Below are positions 30,517 through 39,247 of a stretch of 64,000 nt of DNA, piece after piece; position 1 is the stretch's first letter; the number at the start of each line of letters is the position of its first letter. The notes beneath the pieces were generated by a model. It was not told the origin of the DNA. It saw only the letters and a program-made list of their open reading frames with translations, and made no database searches. The position numbers were made by a program, and so were the translations under genes. This DNA comes from an uncultured Candidatus Binatia bacterium (GTDB lineage Bacteria; Desulfobacterota; Binatia; Bin18): NCBI GenBank assembly GCA_965200965.1, contig OZ241744.1, positions 1,792,001-1,856,000 on the forward strand, in the 5' to 3' direction.

Positions 30517-32478
30517 ATGGGCCTGGAGACGCTTGATATCTGCATTCTGGCCGCTTTCCTGGTGTATGCCATCAGCGCGGGTCTGCGGTCCCGGCGTCTG
30601 GCCTCAAAGAATCTGGAAGAGTACTTTTTGGCCGGTCGGCGGCTGAGCGGTTGGCAGGCCGGCATCAGCATGGCGGCGACGCAGTTCGCCGCGGACACAC
30701 CCCTGTTATGCACCGGCCTGCTGGCGGTGTCCGGCATTTTTTCGCTGTGGTGGCTGTGGTCCTACGCCCTGTCCTTTCTGTTGGTCGGCTTTGTCCTGGC
30801 CCCGGCCTGGCGGCGGGCTGGCATACTGACCGATGCCGAGTTGACTGAACGGCGCTACGCCCAGCCGAGCGCCCTGCTGCTGCGCGGGGTGAAGGCAGTC
30901 TATTTTGGCACGATTTTCAACTGCACGGTGCTGGCTATCGTCCTCCTGGCCACAACGCGCATTGCCGAGCCTTTTCTGGTCTGGCATCGCTGGCTTGGCC
31001 CGGACCTGTACGAGCCCGTGTTGTCCGCGGTGCAGTGGCTCAATATCCCCCTGACCACCCTCACCGACAGCAGCCCGGAGGTGTGGATTCGCTCGACCAA
31101 CAACCTGGTGTCCATCGCGCTGATTGTGCTGGTCACCGTTTTCTACTCAACAACCGGCGGCCTGCGCAGCGTGGTGGCAACCGATGTGTTGCAATTTGGC
31201 GTAGCCATGCTGGCCACGGCCGTCTATGCCGGCTGTATCCTGGCCGAGGTCGGCGGGCTCAACGGCCTGGCCGAACGGCTGTCTGCCGTCTACACCGGCC
31301 AGTCCGATCCTGGCGAAATCCGGGCCAGCCAGCTCCTGGCTTTTATCCCGTCTCAGGCCAAAGACGTTTCGGGCGCGTTTCTGGCCGTGCTGACCCTCCA
31401 ATGGCTGCTGCAAATGAACGCGGACGGCACAGGCTACCTGGCCCAGCGGAGCATGGCCTGTCGGAGCGATCTTGATGCCAAACGGGCCAGCGTGGTGTTC
31501 ACCCTGTCCCAGGTCCTTGTTCGGAGCCTGTTATGGATTACCATCGGCTTGGGTCTGCTCGTGTTACTGCCGCCCGAGCCGAACTTGACCGGCGGCGCTC
31601 TTACTGCCGACCGGGAGGCGTCCTTTGTGCGTGGGATTGCCGAACTCCTGCCCTCCGGCCTCAAAGGGCTGATGTTGGTGGGCTTACTGGCCGCCCTGGC
31701 CTCAACGGTTGACAGCCATCTGAACTGGGGCGCGTCGTACTGGAGCAACGACATCTACCGCCGCCTGGTGTGCCAGTGGTGGCTGGGCCGTGAGCCGAGC
31801 GACCGGTCGCTGGTCTGGGTGGCGCGTGGGGCGAATATCGGGATTCTGCTCATTGCTCTGATCATCATGCTTCAGCTGTCTTCGATTCAAACGGCCTGGA
31901 AAATCAGCCTCCTGTTTGGGGCCGGCATGGGCGTCATGCTGGTCCTCCGCTGGGTGTGGTGGCGGATTACCGCGGTCGGAGAACTCACCACCATAGGCGT
32001 GTCGTGCGTGCTGGCTCCGACCCTGCTGCTCACCGTGCCTGACAGCCATGAAGCCCTGCGCCTGCTTCTTGTGGCGGCCGTTTCGTCTGCCGCGGGCATA
32101 TGGACCTCGGTGCGAACGGCCAGACCGGACGATGAGCAACTCCTGGCCTTCTACCGTCAGGTCCGCCCGCCGGGTTTTTGGGGACCCCAACACCGGGCGC
32201 TGGGTCAAGACCCTCGCCACGGACACCGCCGGCTGGGCCAAGCGCTGCTGGCGGTGCTCAGCGCCGCGCTGTCGGTCTTTTTGCTGCTCACAGGACTGGG
32301 CAGCTGGCTCTTTTCCAGCCCGTCCCCAAGCTGGTTTCCCTGGCGGTCGGTTTGGCTGGCCGTGCTGGTAGTCCTGAGCCTCGGCCTCGTACCAGTGTGG
32401 TGGCGGCAGGTCTTTCCGCCCACGCGGTCCACGCACCGGCAAGGGCGGCTGGGCCAGGCAGGGGCACACCGGCGGTGA
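30517..32478 (+). CDS. Sodium:solute symporter (SSS) family protein
   Basis: EEYFLAGR.L, SMAATQFAADTPL, GGLRSVVATD, AQR.MA, LAALASTVDS.LN; many TM segments. Confidence 0.9.
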   Translation: MGLETLDICILAAFLVYAISAGLRSRRLASKNLEEYFLAGRRLSGWQAGISMAATQFAADTPLLCTGLLAVSGIFSLWWLWSYALSFLLVGFVLAPAWRRAGILTDAELTERRYAQPSALLLRGVKAVYFGTIFNCTVLAIVLLATTRIAEPFLVWHRWLGPDLYEPVLSAVQWLNIPLTTLTDSSPEVWIRSTNNLVSIALIVLVTVFYSTTGGLRSVVATDVLQFGVAMLATAVYAGCILAEVGGLNGLAERLSAVYTGQSDPGEIRASQLLAFIPSQAKDVSGAFLAVLTLQWLLQMNADGTGYLAQRSMACRSDLDAKRASVVFTLSQVLVRSLLWITIGLGLLVLLPPEPNLTGGALTADREASFVRGIAELLPSGLKGLMLVGLLAALASTVDSHLNWGASYWSNDIYRRLVCQWWLGREPSDRSLVWVARGANIGILLIALIIMLQLSSIQTAWKISLLFGAGMGVMLVLRWVWWRITAVGELTTIGVSCVLAPTLLLTVPDSHEALRLLLVAAVSSAAGIWTSVRTARPDDEQLLAFYRQVRPPGFWGPQHRALGQDPRHGHRRLGQALLAVLSAALSVFLLLTGLGSWLFSSPSPSWFPWRSVWLAVLVVLSLGLVPVWWRQVFPPTRSTHRQGRLGQAGAHRR

Positions 32479-32630
32479 ACAGGGCACATGTTTGAGACAG
32501 GGCGAGTCAGCGGAACTCGAAAAGCAGCTTTGGCCATTTGACGCTCTGTTGTTGGAGCGCCAGGCTTGGCTGGCACTGAAGCCGGGCGGTTTGCAGAGGG
32601 GTAAACTTCAAGACGGCGAGAGGGGGAGCA

Positions 32631-33220
32631 GTGACCGGGCTCAGGCGCGTCTTCATCAGTAATCGCGGCGAGATTGCCATTCGCATTACCAAAGCCGCGG
32701 CGGCCCTCGGCATGGAATCGGTGGGCGTGTACCCTCGCGTTGATGCGCTGTCGCTGCCCACGCGGTTCACGACCGAGGTACGCGAGCTGGGCAGCCGTAA
32801 CCGCGGACCGGCAGACGCCGTGAGCACCTACCTCAACGCCCAAGCCCTCATCCGCACGGCCAAGGCCGCGGCCTGTGACTGTGTCCACCCGGGCTACGGT
32901 TTCTTGTCCGAGAACGTACACTTTGCCGAGCATTGTGCGTCCGTGGGCCTCACTTTTGTTGGCCCACCACCCGCCGCGCTGGCGCTGTTTGGAGACAAAC
33001 TTCGCGCCCGCCTGCTCGCCCAAGCCCTGGACATCCCGATCGTGCCCGGCAGCGCCAAACCTCTGATATCGTCTAATATCGCCGGATGAGGCGACAGAAC
33101 TCGCGCGTGAGCTTGGCTAGGGACACCAGAAAACTGGTCTGTGAGTGGCTGGAGATCGCCTACACCTTGGTGTCGCAGCCGGCCCGGCTTGGGCCTGGGG
33201 CCTTACAGTTCAGACCCTAG
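32631..33220 (+). pseudogene. Remnant of a multidomain biotin-dependent carboxylase (BC N-terminus joined to a CT-like C-terminal tail)
   Basis: ISNRGEIAIRI, HPGYGFLSEN, GDK..AR; a 10-bp tandem duplication at 33062-33081 shifts the frame; stop at 33118-33120; then DTRKLVCEWLEIAY...LGP...RP* ending at 33220. Confidence 0.75.
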
Positions 33221-33287
33221 ACCGGCTTGGTCAGTTGAGGTCGGCCCTGGCCGGGGAAACCGCCCCGCTGGAAAGGATGAACCCGCC

Positions 33288-34448
33288 ATGCGTCACGAGT
33301 TTGAGAGCCTGCGCCAGAACGGCATTACCCAGGTCGGCCTGCCCCGCCTCGGCGACCCGTCCGTCATTCCGCTGTGGTTTGGCGAGGGCGACCTGCCCAC
33401 CCCGGCCTTTATCCGCCAAGCCGCCAAAGACGCGCTCGACGCCGGCCTGACCTTCTACACCCATCCCGTAGGACGGCCCGAGCTGCGGGCGGCGATCAAG
33501 ACCTATCTCGACCGGCTGTACGCGATTGACCTTGAGGTCGGCCGCATCGGCGTGCCGGGCTCAACCATGCTGGGCATCTCAATGGCGGCCCGCATGGCAC
33601 TCGGCCCCGGCGACCACGGCCTGATCGTCAGCCCCAACTGGCCTAATATCGACCGGGCGTTCCAGATGACCGGGGCGAGGTTCGACTTTGTGCGCCAGCG
33701 GTTCGGGCCGGCCGGCTGGCGGCTTGCGCTTGACGATCTGTTCACCGCGGTCCGCCCGGAGACCACGGCGCTGTTTCTCAACACGCCCTGCAACCCCACC
33801 GGCTGGGTCATGCCCGGCGACGAACAGCAAGAGTTGCTGGACTTCTGCCGGCGGCGCGGCATCGTCATCATTGCCGACGAGGTCTATCACCGGAACATCT
33901 TTGAGGGTGAGGTTGCCCCGTCTTTTCTGTCCATTGCCACACCGAACGATCCGCTGATTGTGGTCAACGGCTTTTCCAAGGCATTCGCCATGACCGGCTG
34001 GCGGCTGGGCTGGATGGTTGTGCCGGCCGGCTACGGCGAGCAGATGGCCGCCTTCTCCGAGTGCGCCAATACCGGGGCACCGCCCTTTATTCAGAGCGCC
34101 GGCATGGTCGCCCTCAGCCAGGGTGAGCCGTTTGTGCGGGAGCTGCGCGAGCGCTACCGGGCCGGCCGTGAGGCGGTCATGCGCCGGCTGGCCCCGCATC
34201 CGCGTATTGAGTTGAGTGAGCCGACCGGGGCTTTCTACGCCTTTCCCCGCGTCCGGGGGCTGCGCTCCAGCCTGGAGTTTGTGAACGGCCTGCTGGCCGA
34301 GAAAAACGTCGGCCTCGCCCCGGGCTTTACCTTTGGGCCGGGCAACGAGTCCCATTTCCGGCTGTGCTTTGCCCAGTCCGGCCAGCGGCTCGAAACCGCC
34401 CTCGACCGCATCCTTGACTATCTTGACAACTATGAGTTTGCCGGATAA
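33288..34448 (+). CDS. PLP-dependent aminotransferase class I/II
   Basis: GEGDLPTP, NTPCNPTG, ADEVY, GFSKAFAMTGWRLG, GAFYAF. Confidence 0.92.
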   Translation: MRHEFESLRQNGITQVGLPRLGDPSVIPLWFGEGDLPTPAFIRQAAKDALDAGLTFYTHPVGRPELRAAIKTYLDRLYAIDLEVGRIGVPGSTMLGISMAARMALGPGDHGLIVSPNWPNIDRAFQMTGARFDFVRQRFGPAGWRLALDDLFTAVRPETTALFLNTPCNPTGWVMPGDEQQELLDFCRRRGIVIIADEVYHRNIFEGEVAPSFLSIATPNDPLIVVNGFSKAFAMTGWRLGWMVVPAGYGEQMAAFSECANTGAPPFIQSAGMVALSQGEPFVRELRERYRAGREAVMRRLAPHPRIELSEPTGAFYAFPRVRGLRSSLEFVNGLLAEKNVGLAPGFTFGPGNESHFRLCFAQSGQRLETALDRILDYLDNYEFAG

Positions 34449-34516
34449 GTGAGTCGGACGAAGCGGGGTCTTGCTTGCCCAGAACGCGCGGGCTGACCTG
34501 GCAGCATCCAGGGCCA
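34422..34516 (+). repeat. Direct repeat copy 1 (aminotransferase 3' end plus downstream sequence)
   Basis: Ungapped match to 34962-35056; 78/95 identical by hand count. Confidence 0.85.
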
Positions 34517-34525
34517 GGAGGAAGC

Positions 34526-34741
34526 ATGCGTTACACCGTTCTTGCAGAAGCCGAAGAGGAAGGGGGCTTCCATGTCTGGTGCCCCACGCTCAAAGGGTGT
34601 CATTCGCAGGGGGAGACGCGAGAAGAAGCCTTGGAGAACATACAGGAGGCCATAGCCGCCTATCTGGAGAGCTTACAAGACGACGGCTTACCCCTGCCGG
34701 CAGATGTGACGATCCACCATGTCGAAGCGGCGGTTTCATGA
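34526..34741 (+). CDS. hicB: HicB-like antitoxin (short, no DNA-binding domain)
   Basis: MRYTVL....EEGGF.VWCP.L.GC.SQGET.EEALENI.EAI..YLE; AGGAGG RBS. Confidence 0.85.
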   Translation: MRYTVLAEAEEEGGFHVWCPTLKGCHSQGETREEALENIQEAIAAYLESLQDDGLPLPADVTIHHVEAAVS

Positions 34742-34833
34742 AGCTCCCTCGGGTGACGGGCCGCGAAGTCGTGCGGGCTGTTGAACGGGCCGGTTTCATC
34801 ATGGAGATAATGAAGCGGCAAACGGGGCCATGA
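34738..34833 (+). pseudogene. Truncated HicA toxin remnant
   Basis: MKLPRVTGREVVRAVERAGF is a typical HicA start, but the ORF stops after 31 aa without the GSH catalytic motif; ATGA overlap with hicB. Confidence 0.7.
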
Positions 34834-34988
34834 AGCAAAAGGACTTTGACCGCTTGGCGACAACTGTGAAGCAGGTGGAGGTCAGTTGCCGAGAACAAAT
34901 TCAACTCGGACGGACGACCGATTTTCGACCCAAAGATATGCACGCGATGCACACTCAGCGACTTGACACTTATGAGTTTGCAGGATGA
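34830..34988 (+). pseudogene. Degenerate N-terminal fragment of an HTH (HigA/NadS-like) antitoxin running into repeat copy 2
   Basis: MKQKDFDRLATTVKQV....REQIQLGRTTDFRPKDM resembles the leader of NadS/HigA-type antitoxins; the HTH is missing; ends LDTYEFAG*. Confidence 0.45.
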
Positions 34989-35056
34989 ATGTGTCAGGCG
35001 AAGAAGGTTCTTGCTTGCCCAGGACGCGCAGGCTCATCTCGCGGCATCCAGGGCCA
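34962..35056 (+). repeat. Direct repeat copy 2
   Basis: Encodes LDTYEFAG* versus LDNYEFAG* in the aminotransferase; offset is exactly 540 bp. Confidence 0.85.
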
Positions 35057-35107
35057 AGCGGTTTTGCCGCATATTTGGAATGGGAATGGACTCACACGGA
35101 ACGACCA

Positions 35108-35575
35108 ATGACGCGCAACGTGTTTCTGAGTTTCACCATGACAGACAAGGGGTTTGTTGATCTCCTGCGTGGCCAGGCGGAGCGCAGACAACCGGCCCTT
35201 GTGTTTCGTGACTACTCAATCAAGGAAGCGTTTGAGGCCACTTGGAAGACGAATGCGGAACGCCTCATTCGAGCCTGTAGCATCACGCTGTGTTTGATCG
35301 GCAAGACGACGCATCGGAGCCAAGCCGTTGATTGGGAAGTCAGAAAAAGCGTGGATCTCGGCAAGCACGTCATGGCGGTTGCCATCGATCCGACAGGGCC
35401 GATAGTGCCGCCGGCTCTGGCGGATCTCAAGGTGAAACCCCTACCCTGGGACATAGAGAGAATTGTAGGTGAGTTGCATGGCACCAGGACTCAATGCCGT
35501 AGAGTGAGCGATATTCGGGGAATACGATTCAGCAGCACAGCAGGGTGCGTTTCGCTAACCTACGGACTGTCATAA
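35108..35575 (+). CDS. TIR-domain protein (ThsB/MTH538-like)
   Basis: RNVFLSF, D.SIKE, I.ACSITLCLIG..T.RS.AVDWEV..S...GK; the catalytic Glu is retained. Confidence 0.8.
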   Translation: MTRNVFLSFTMTDKGFVDLLRGQAERRQPALVFRDYSIKEAFEATWKTNAERLIRACSITLCLIGKTTHRSQAVDWEVRKSVDLGKHVMAVAIDPTGPIVPPALADLKVKPLPWDIERIVGELHGTRTQCRRVSDIRGIRFSSTAGCVSLTYGLS

Positions 35576-35588
35576 ACTGATTAACACG

Positions 35589-36475
35589 ATGACATATTTC
35601 AGCGAAAAAGAAAAAGATGAATGTCCTCGGGATAACGAAGATGTCAATAAGAGTGCGTGGAACGGAGTGAAGGTACTCATAAAGTCTCTCGTTGATGATG
35701 GTTCATTCGGTTATCGTTATCGTTATGCCTGTCCTGACGGGTCTGTCACAGCAGGCACCGATAAGAATAGCTTCTGGCAAGCCATGCAAGCTGAAATTCC
35801 GGAGTTGCCGGAAGACCTCCGCTACATACCCGAGACCCGCCACCTACTCTGGCTATACTCGACATGATCGAGTTTTGCTGGCGTTCTCTCGGTAAACCAA
35901 TCAAATTGGACTATCATCAATACTTCAGCCACCATCATCTAGAGTTCGATGTCGAGGCGGGTCGAGAAGAGTTTGGCGAAAGCATCAACCGCATTTTTCG
36001 TCGCAACGGGCTTGCCTATCAACTCACTGATGAAGAGCATATCGAGCGGCTTTCACCTCCGATTCTTCATGAAGAATTGACATCCGCTCATTTCTACACC
36101 GGAGATTCAGAGCTCGACCGTATATTGGAGACGGCGAGATACAAGTTCCGCAATCCTGATCCAGCGACGCGGCGCGAGGCGTTGAAGGCCCTGTGGGATG
36201 CGTGGGAGCGGCTCAAGACCACGGGAGATGGCCAGGACAAGAAAACGCAAGTGAAGGGTCTTCTCGACGCTACTGCCGGATCATCCTCTCCTCAGTTCCG
36301 CGATGTCTTGGAGCGAGAAGCCACGGAACTCACCAAGGTAGGCAACAAACTGCTTATACGCCATTCCGAGACAAATCAGGAACGGCTCGCAAAAGATGTG
36401 CATGTCGATTATCTCTTTCACCGTCTTTTCATCCTCATTACCGTAATTTTACGGACTGACGGTCAGTCCCGATAA
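35589..36475 (+). pseudogene. AbiJ-related (NTD4/HEPN-like) protein, split by a frameshift near 35833
   Basis: YFSE..., CPDG, then in another frame PPTLAILDMIEFC...INRIFRRNGLAY.L...LWDAWERLKT...GN..IRHSE; adding one base joins the two ORFs. Confidence 0.65.
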
Positions 36476-36492
36476 ATTCGCCCGAACTCTCG

Positions 36493-37667
36493 CTATTCCC
36501 TTATGGAATAGTCTGGATCGAAGACAGAACTATCTTCATCATAGAATATCTCATGCAACATAGATGGCAATATAGCGTCCGCGTTTTCTTCCATATCGGT
36601 CTGCACCAATTCTAAATCCCATAACCTCCCAAACGACCGCAAAGCCGCCTTTTGCGCTTCCAGAGCGGGCATTCGGATTTTCATACCGAGCAGCATTTCA
36701 GGCCGAAGGCGTTGGCGCCTCGCCCCCTGACCGCGCGTCAGCTTTGTCAACTGATTTTGAAACCAGGGGGTCAAGAGCAGCGCCGTCAAGTATTGCGCGT
36801 CAAGCAGGGCAGGTTTGCAGCGAAAAGTCCGATATTCGGGCGAGACATACCAGCCCTGGTGACTGCTGTCGCAAACGGCTACCGCGCCTTCCCATCCTTT
36901 CGGTTGGCTGACGACAAACAAGCCCTCTCTCAAACGGTTAAACGTCTTGTATGTCGTCTCAGAGCCACGCACCCCGTCCTTGAAAAACAGACCACCGCCG
37001 AAGCCACGCACCCCGACCTGCGGGTAGCGTTCTGTCGGCTCAATGGAGACCCGGTCTTCCCATAGTTCTATGAATTCACCCAACGGTCGCTCTGTAACAC
37101 CCGCCAGTTTGAAGTGAATACTCTGGACTAGAGAACGTATCTCTCGGTCGATAGCTTTACGGAGCCTTTGCGCTTCCTCCACCAACCCCGCCACTTTGTC
37201 CAGCTTGGCGACAATCCGTTGCTGTTCGGCGAGGGGCGGGAGGGGAACTTTATATGTCAGTACGTCATGAGGCCGAATGGCGGCATAATTCGTGGAGCCA
37301 CGCGCATTCACCTGCTCAAAAAAATCGGATGTTTGGCAATACCAGTGGAGAAATTTTCTCAGAAGACACCGCTCATCAATCTCAAAAAGAAAATAGTGGC
37401 TGCTGACAATCGCGCCATTAAGTTGCTCTGGGACAATCCCGTACCCGCCCATCTTGGCGTCAATCTCCGCGACAAGAAACTCTCCGCCCGGCAAACCTGT
37501 TGCTTCTTCGTCTTGATTACGCTGCTCGGCACGCGGTCACGCAAAACGATGCCGCGGGCTGACGTTTGAACCCGACACCTGGAGTACATTTGATCCGGCT
37601 GAATGATGATGAACTCCTTTCGATGTCTCATTAATTCACCCAGTGGAACGACTGGCCAGCCCATCAC
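36493..37667 (-). pseudogene. hsdS: Type I RM specificity subunit, frameshifted near 37485
   Basis: WPVVPLGEL start, PLPPLAEQQRIVAKLD coiled-coil, two TRDs; the ORFs join as KKQQVCRA|GEFLVAEID if one G is added. Confidence 0.85.
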
Positions 37668-39229
37668 TCCCCCTCTGCCAGCGTGGCCTTGAGTGCGTCC
37701 ATGATGGCCAGAATGTGCCGCTCTTTTTCGATGATGCTGTCTACAATCTCGGCCGGCGGGCGGTGGTCCACGGTCTCGCCCGAATGGGGGTTTTTGATGT
37801 CCAGGTTACAGGCGACGGCGCGGCCCTGCTCGTCGCGCCGGACCAGCCCCTTCACGTCCACCTTCCAGGCGCGTGCGCACTCCTGGCGGTCCTTCCACCA
37901 AGCCAGGCAGTCGGCCAACTCCTCGTACAGCAGGGGCGCGGTCTTGGAGTATTTCCGGCGGCCCTCTGGCCGGGGCTGCTCATAGTACCAGATGGCCCGG
38001 GTCGGGCCGTCCGTGTCGAAGAAGATCAGGTTGGTAGGGATATCGGTATAGGGCGCGAACACGCCCTCGGGCAGACGGACGATGGTGTGCAGGTTGAACC
38101 GCTCCAGCAGGTCGGCCTTGATCCGGGCCGACAGGCCGTCGCCGAACAGCGTACCGTTGGGCACGACTACGCCGGCGCGTCCGCGGGCACCGCGCTTCAG
38201 GCGGCGCATGATGAGCTGCAAGAACAGCAGAGCGGTCTCGGTGGTGCGCCGGTCCTCGGGGAAGTTGTTGAGGATGCCGGCCTCCTCCTCACCGCCGAAC
38301 GGCGGGTTGGTCAGGATGACGTTCACGCGCTGCTCCTCGCCTATCCCGGCCAGGCGGAAGCGGAGCGAATTGCCCGGGTCAATGCGCGGGGCGTAGAGTC
38401 CGTGGAGCAGCAGGTTCATCTGGGCCAGCAGAAAGGGCAGCGACTTGGACTCGCCGCCGGAGATGCTGCCGTCTTGCAGGACCGCGCGCCGCTCCACCGT
38501 ATCGGCCTGAGGCTCCAGATGACGGAATGCCTCGGTGAGAAAGCCGCCGGTACCACAGGCCGGGTCAAGGACCGTTTCGCCAAGCCGCGGGTCGCTGACT
38601 TCCACCATGAAGCGGACCACCGGGCGCGGGGTGTAAAACTCGCCGGAATCGCCGGCCGCGTCACGCATCTCGCGCAGCAGGCTCTCGTACAGGCGGCCCA
38701 GGGTGTGAATCTCGTCGGAGGAGTCAAAGTGAATGCCGTCCACCAGATTGATCACATCGCGCAGCAGATAGCCGCTCTCCATCCGGTTGGTAAAACGCTG
38801 GAATACGGCGGCGATAACGTCACGCCGCTCACCCTGGCCGGTGTCACCGCGCAAACCCTGGAGATAGGCAAACAGGCCGGGACCGGGGAGGCCGTCGGGC
38901 CGCGCCGTCTGCTCCGCGGTCAGGAAGGTGAGCAGGTCAGGGCCGCTGATGCCGTCGGCCCGGGCCGCCCAGTCCCGCCAGCGGTAGGGCGGTTCAATGA
39001 GCGGCCGGTAATCCCGGCCGGCCAAGTCGGCCCGCTCCTGTTCAATCCGCTCCAGGTCGTCCAGAAACTTGAGCAACATGATCCAGGTCAGCATGGGCAG
39101 TCGGTCCAGGTCGCCGTTCAGCCCCTTGTCCTTGCGCATGATCCTGCGCGCCGACTTGATGATGCCGCCGAGCCGCTGAACGGTGGTCAGCGGTTTGGCC
39201 GCGGCGTTTTTGCGGGGGGATGTGACCAC
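37664..39229 (-). CDS. hsdM: Type I RM N6-adenine methyltransferase
   Basis: GEFYTPR, DPACGTGGF, NPPF, IVRLPEGVF; intact. Confidence 0.95.
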   Translation of the reverse strand: MVTSPRKNAAAKPLTTVQRLGGIIKSARRIMRKDKGLNGDLDRLPMLTWIMLLKFLDDLERIEQERADLAGRDYRPLIEPPYRWRDWAARADGISGPDLLTFLTAEQTARPDGLPGPGLFAYLQGLRGDTGQGERRDVIAAVFQRFTNRMESGYLLRDVINLVDGIHFDSSDEIHTLGRLYESLLREMRDAAGDSGEFYTPRPVVRFMVEVSDPRLGETVLDPACGTGGFLTEAFRHLEPQADTVERRAVLQDGSISGGESKSLPFLLAQMNLLLHGLYAPRIDPGNSLRFRLAGIGEEQRVNVILTNPPFGGEEEAGILNNFPEDRRTTETALLFLQLIMRRLKRGARGRAGVVVPNGTLFGDGLSARIKADLLERFNLHTIVRLPEGVFAPYTDIPTNLIFFDTDGPTRAIWYYEQPRPEGRRKYSKTAPLLYEELADCLAWWKDRQECARAWKVDVKGLVRRDEQGRAVACNLDIKNPHSGETVDHRPPAEIVDSIIEKERHILAIMDALKATLAEGE

Positions 39230-39247
39230 TGCCTGCCCTCCTTCGGC

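Noticed and set aside
34422-35056. The 95-bp repeats as integron attC sites
   Set aside because: They lack RYYYAAC/GTTRRRY ends, include a gene's coding 3' end, and no integron integrase is present.
35108-35575. Calling a complete Thoeris system
   Set aside because: No ThsA-type effector is present; only a ThsB-like TIR domain is supported.
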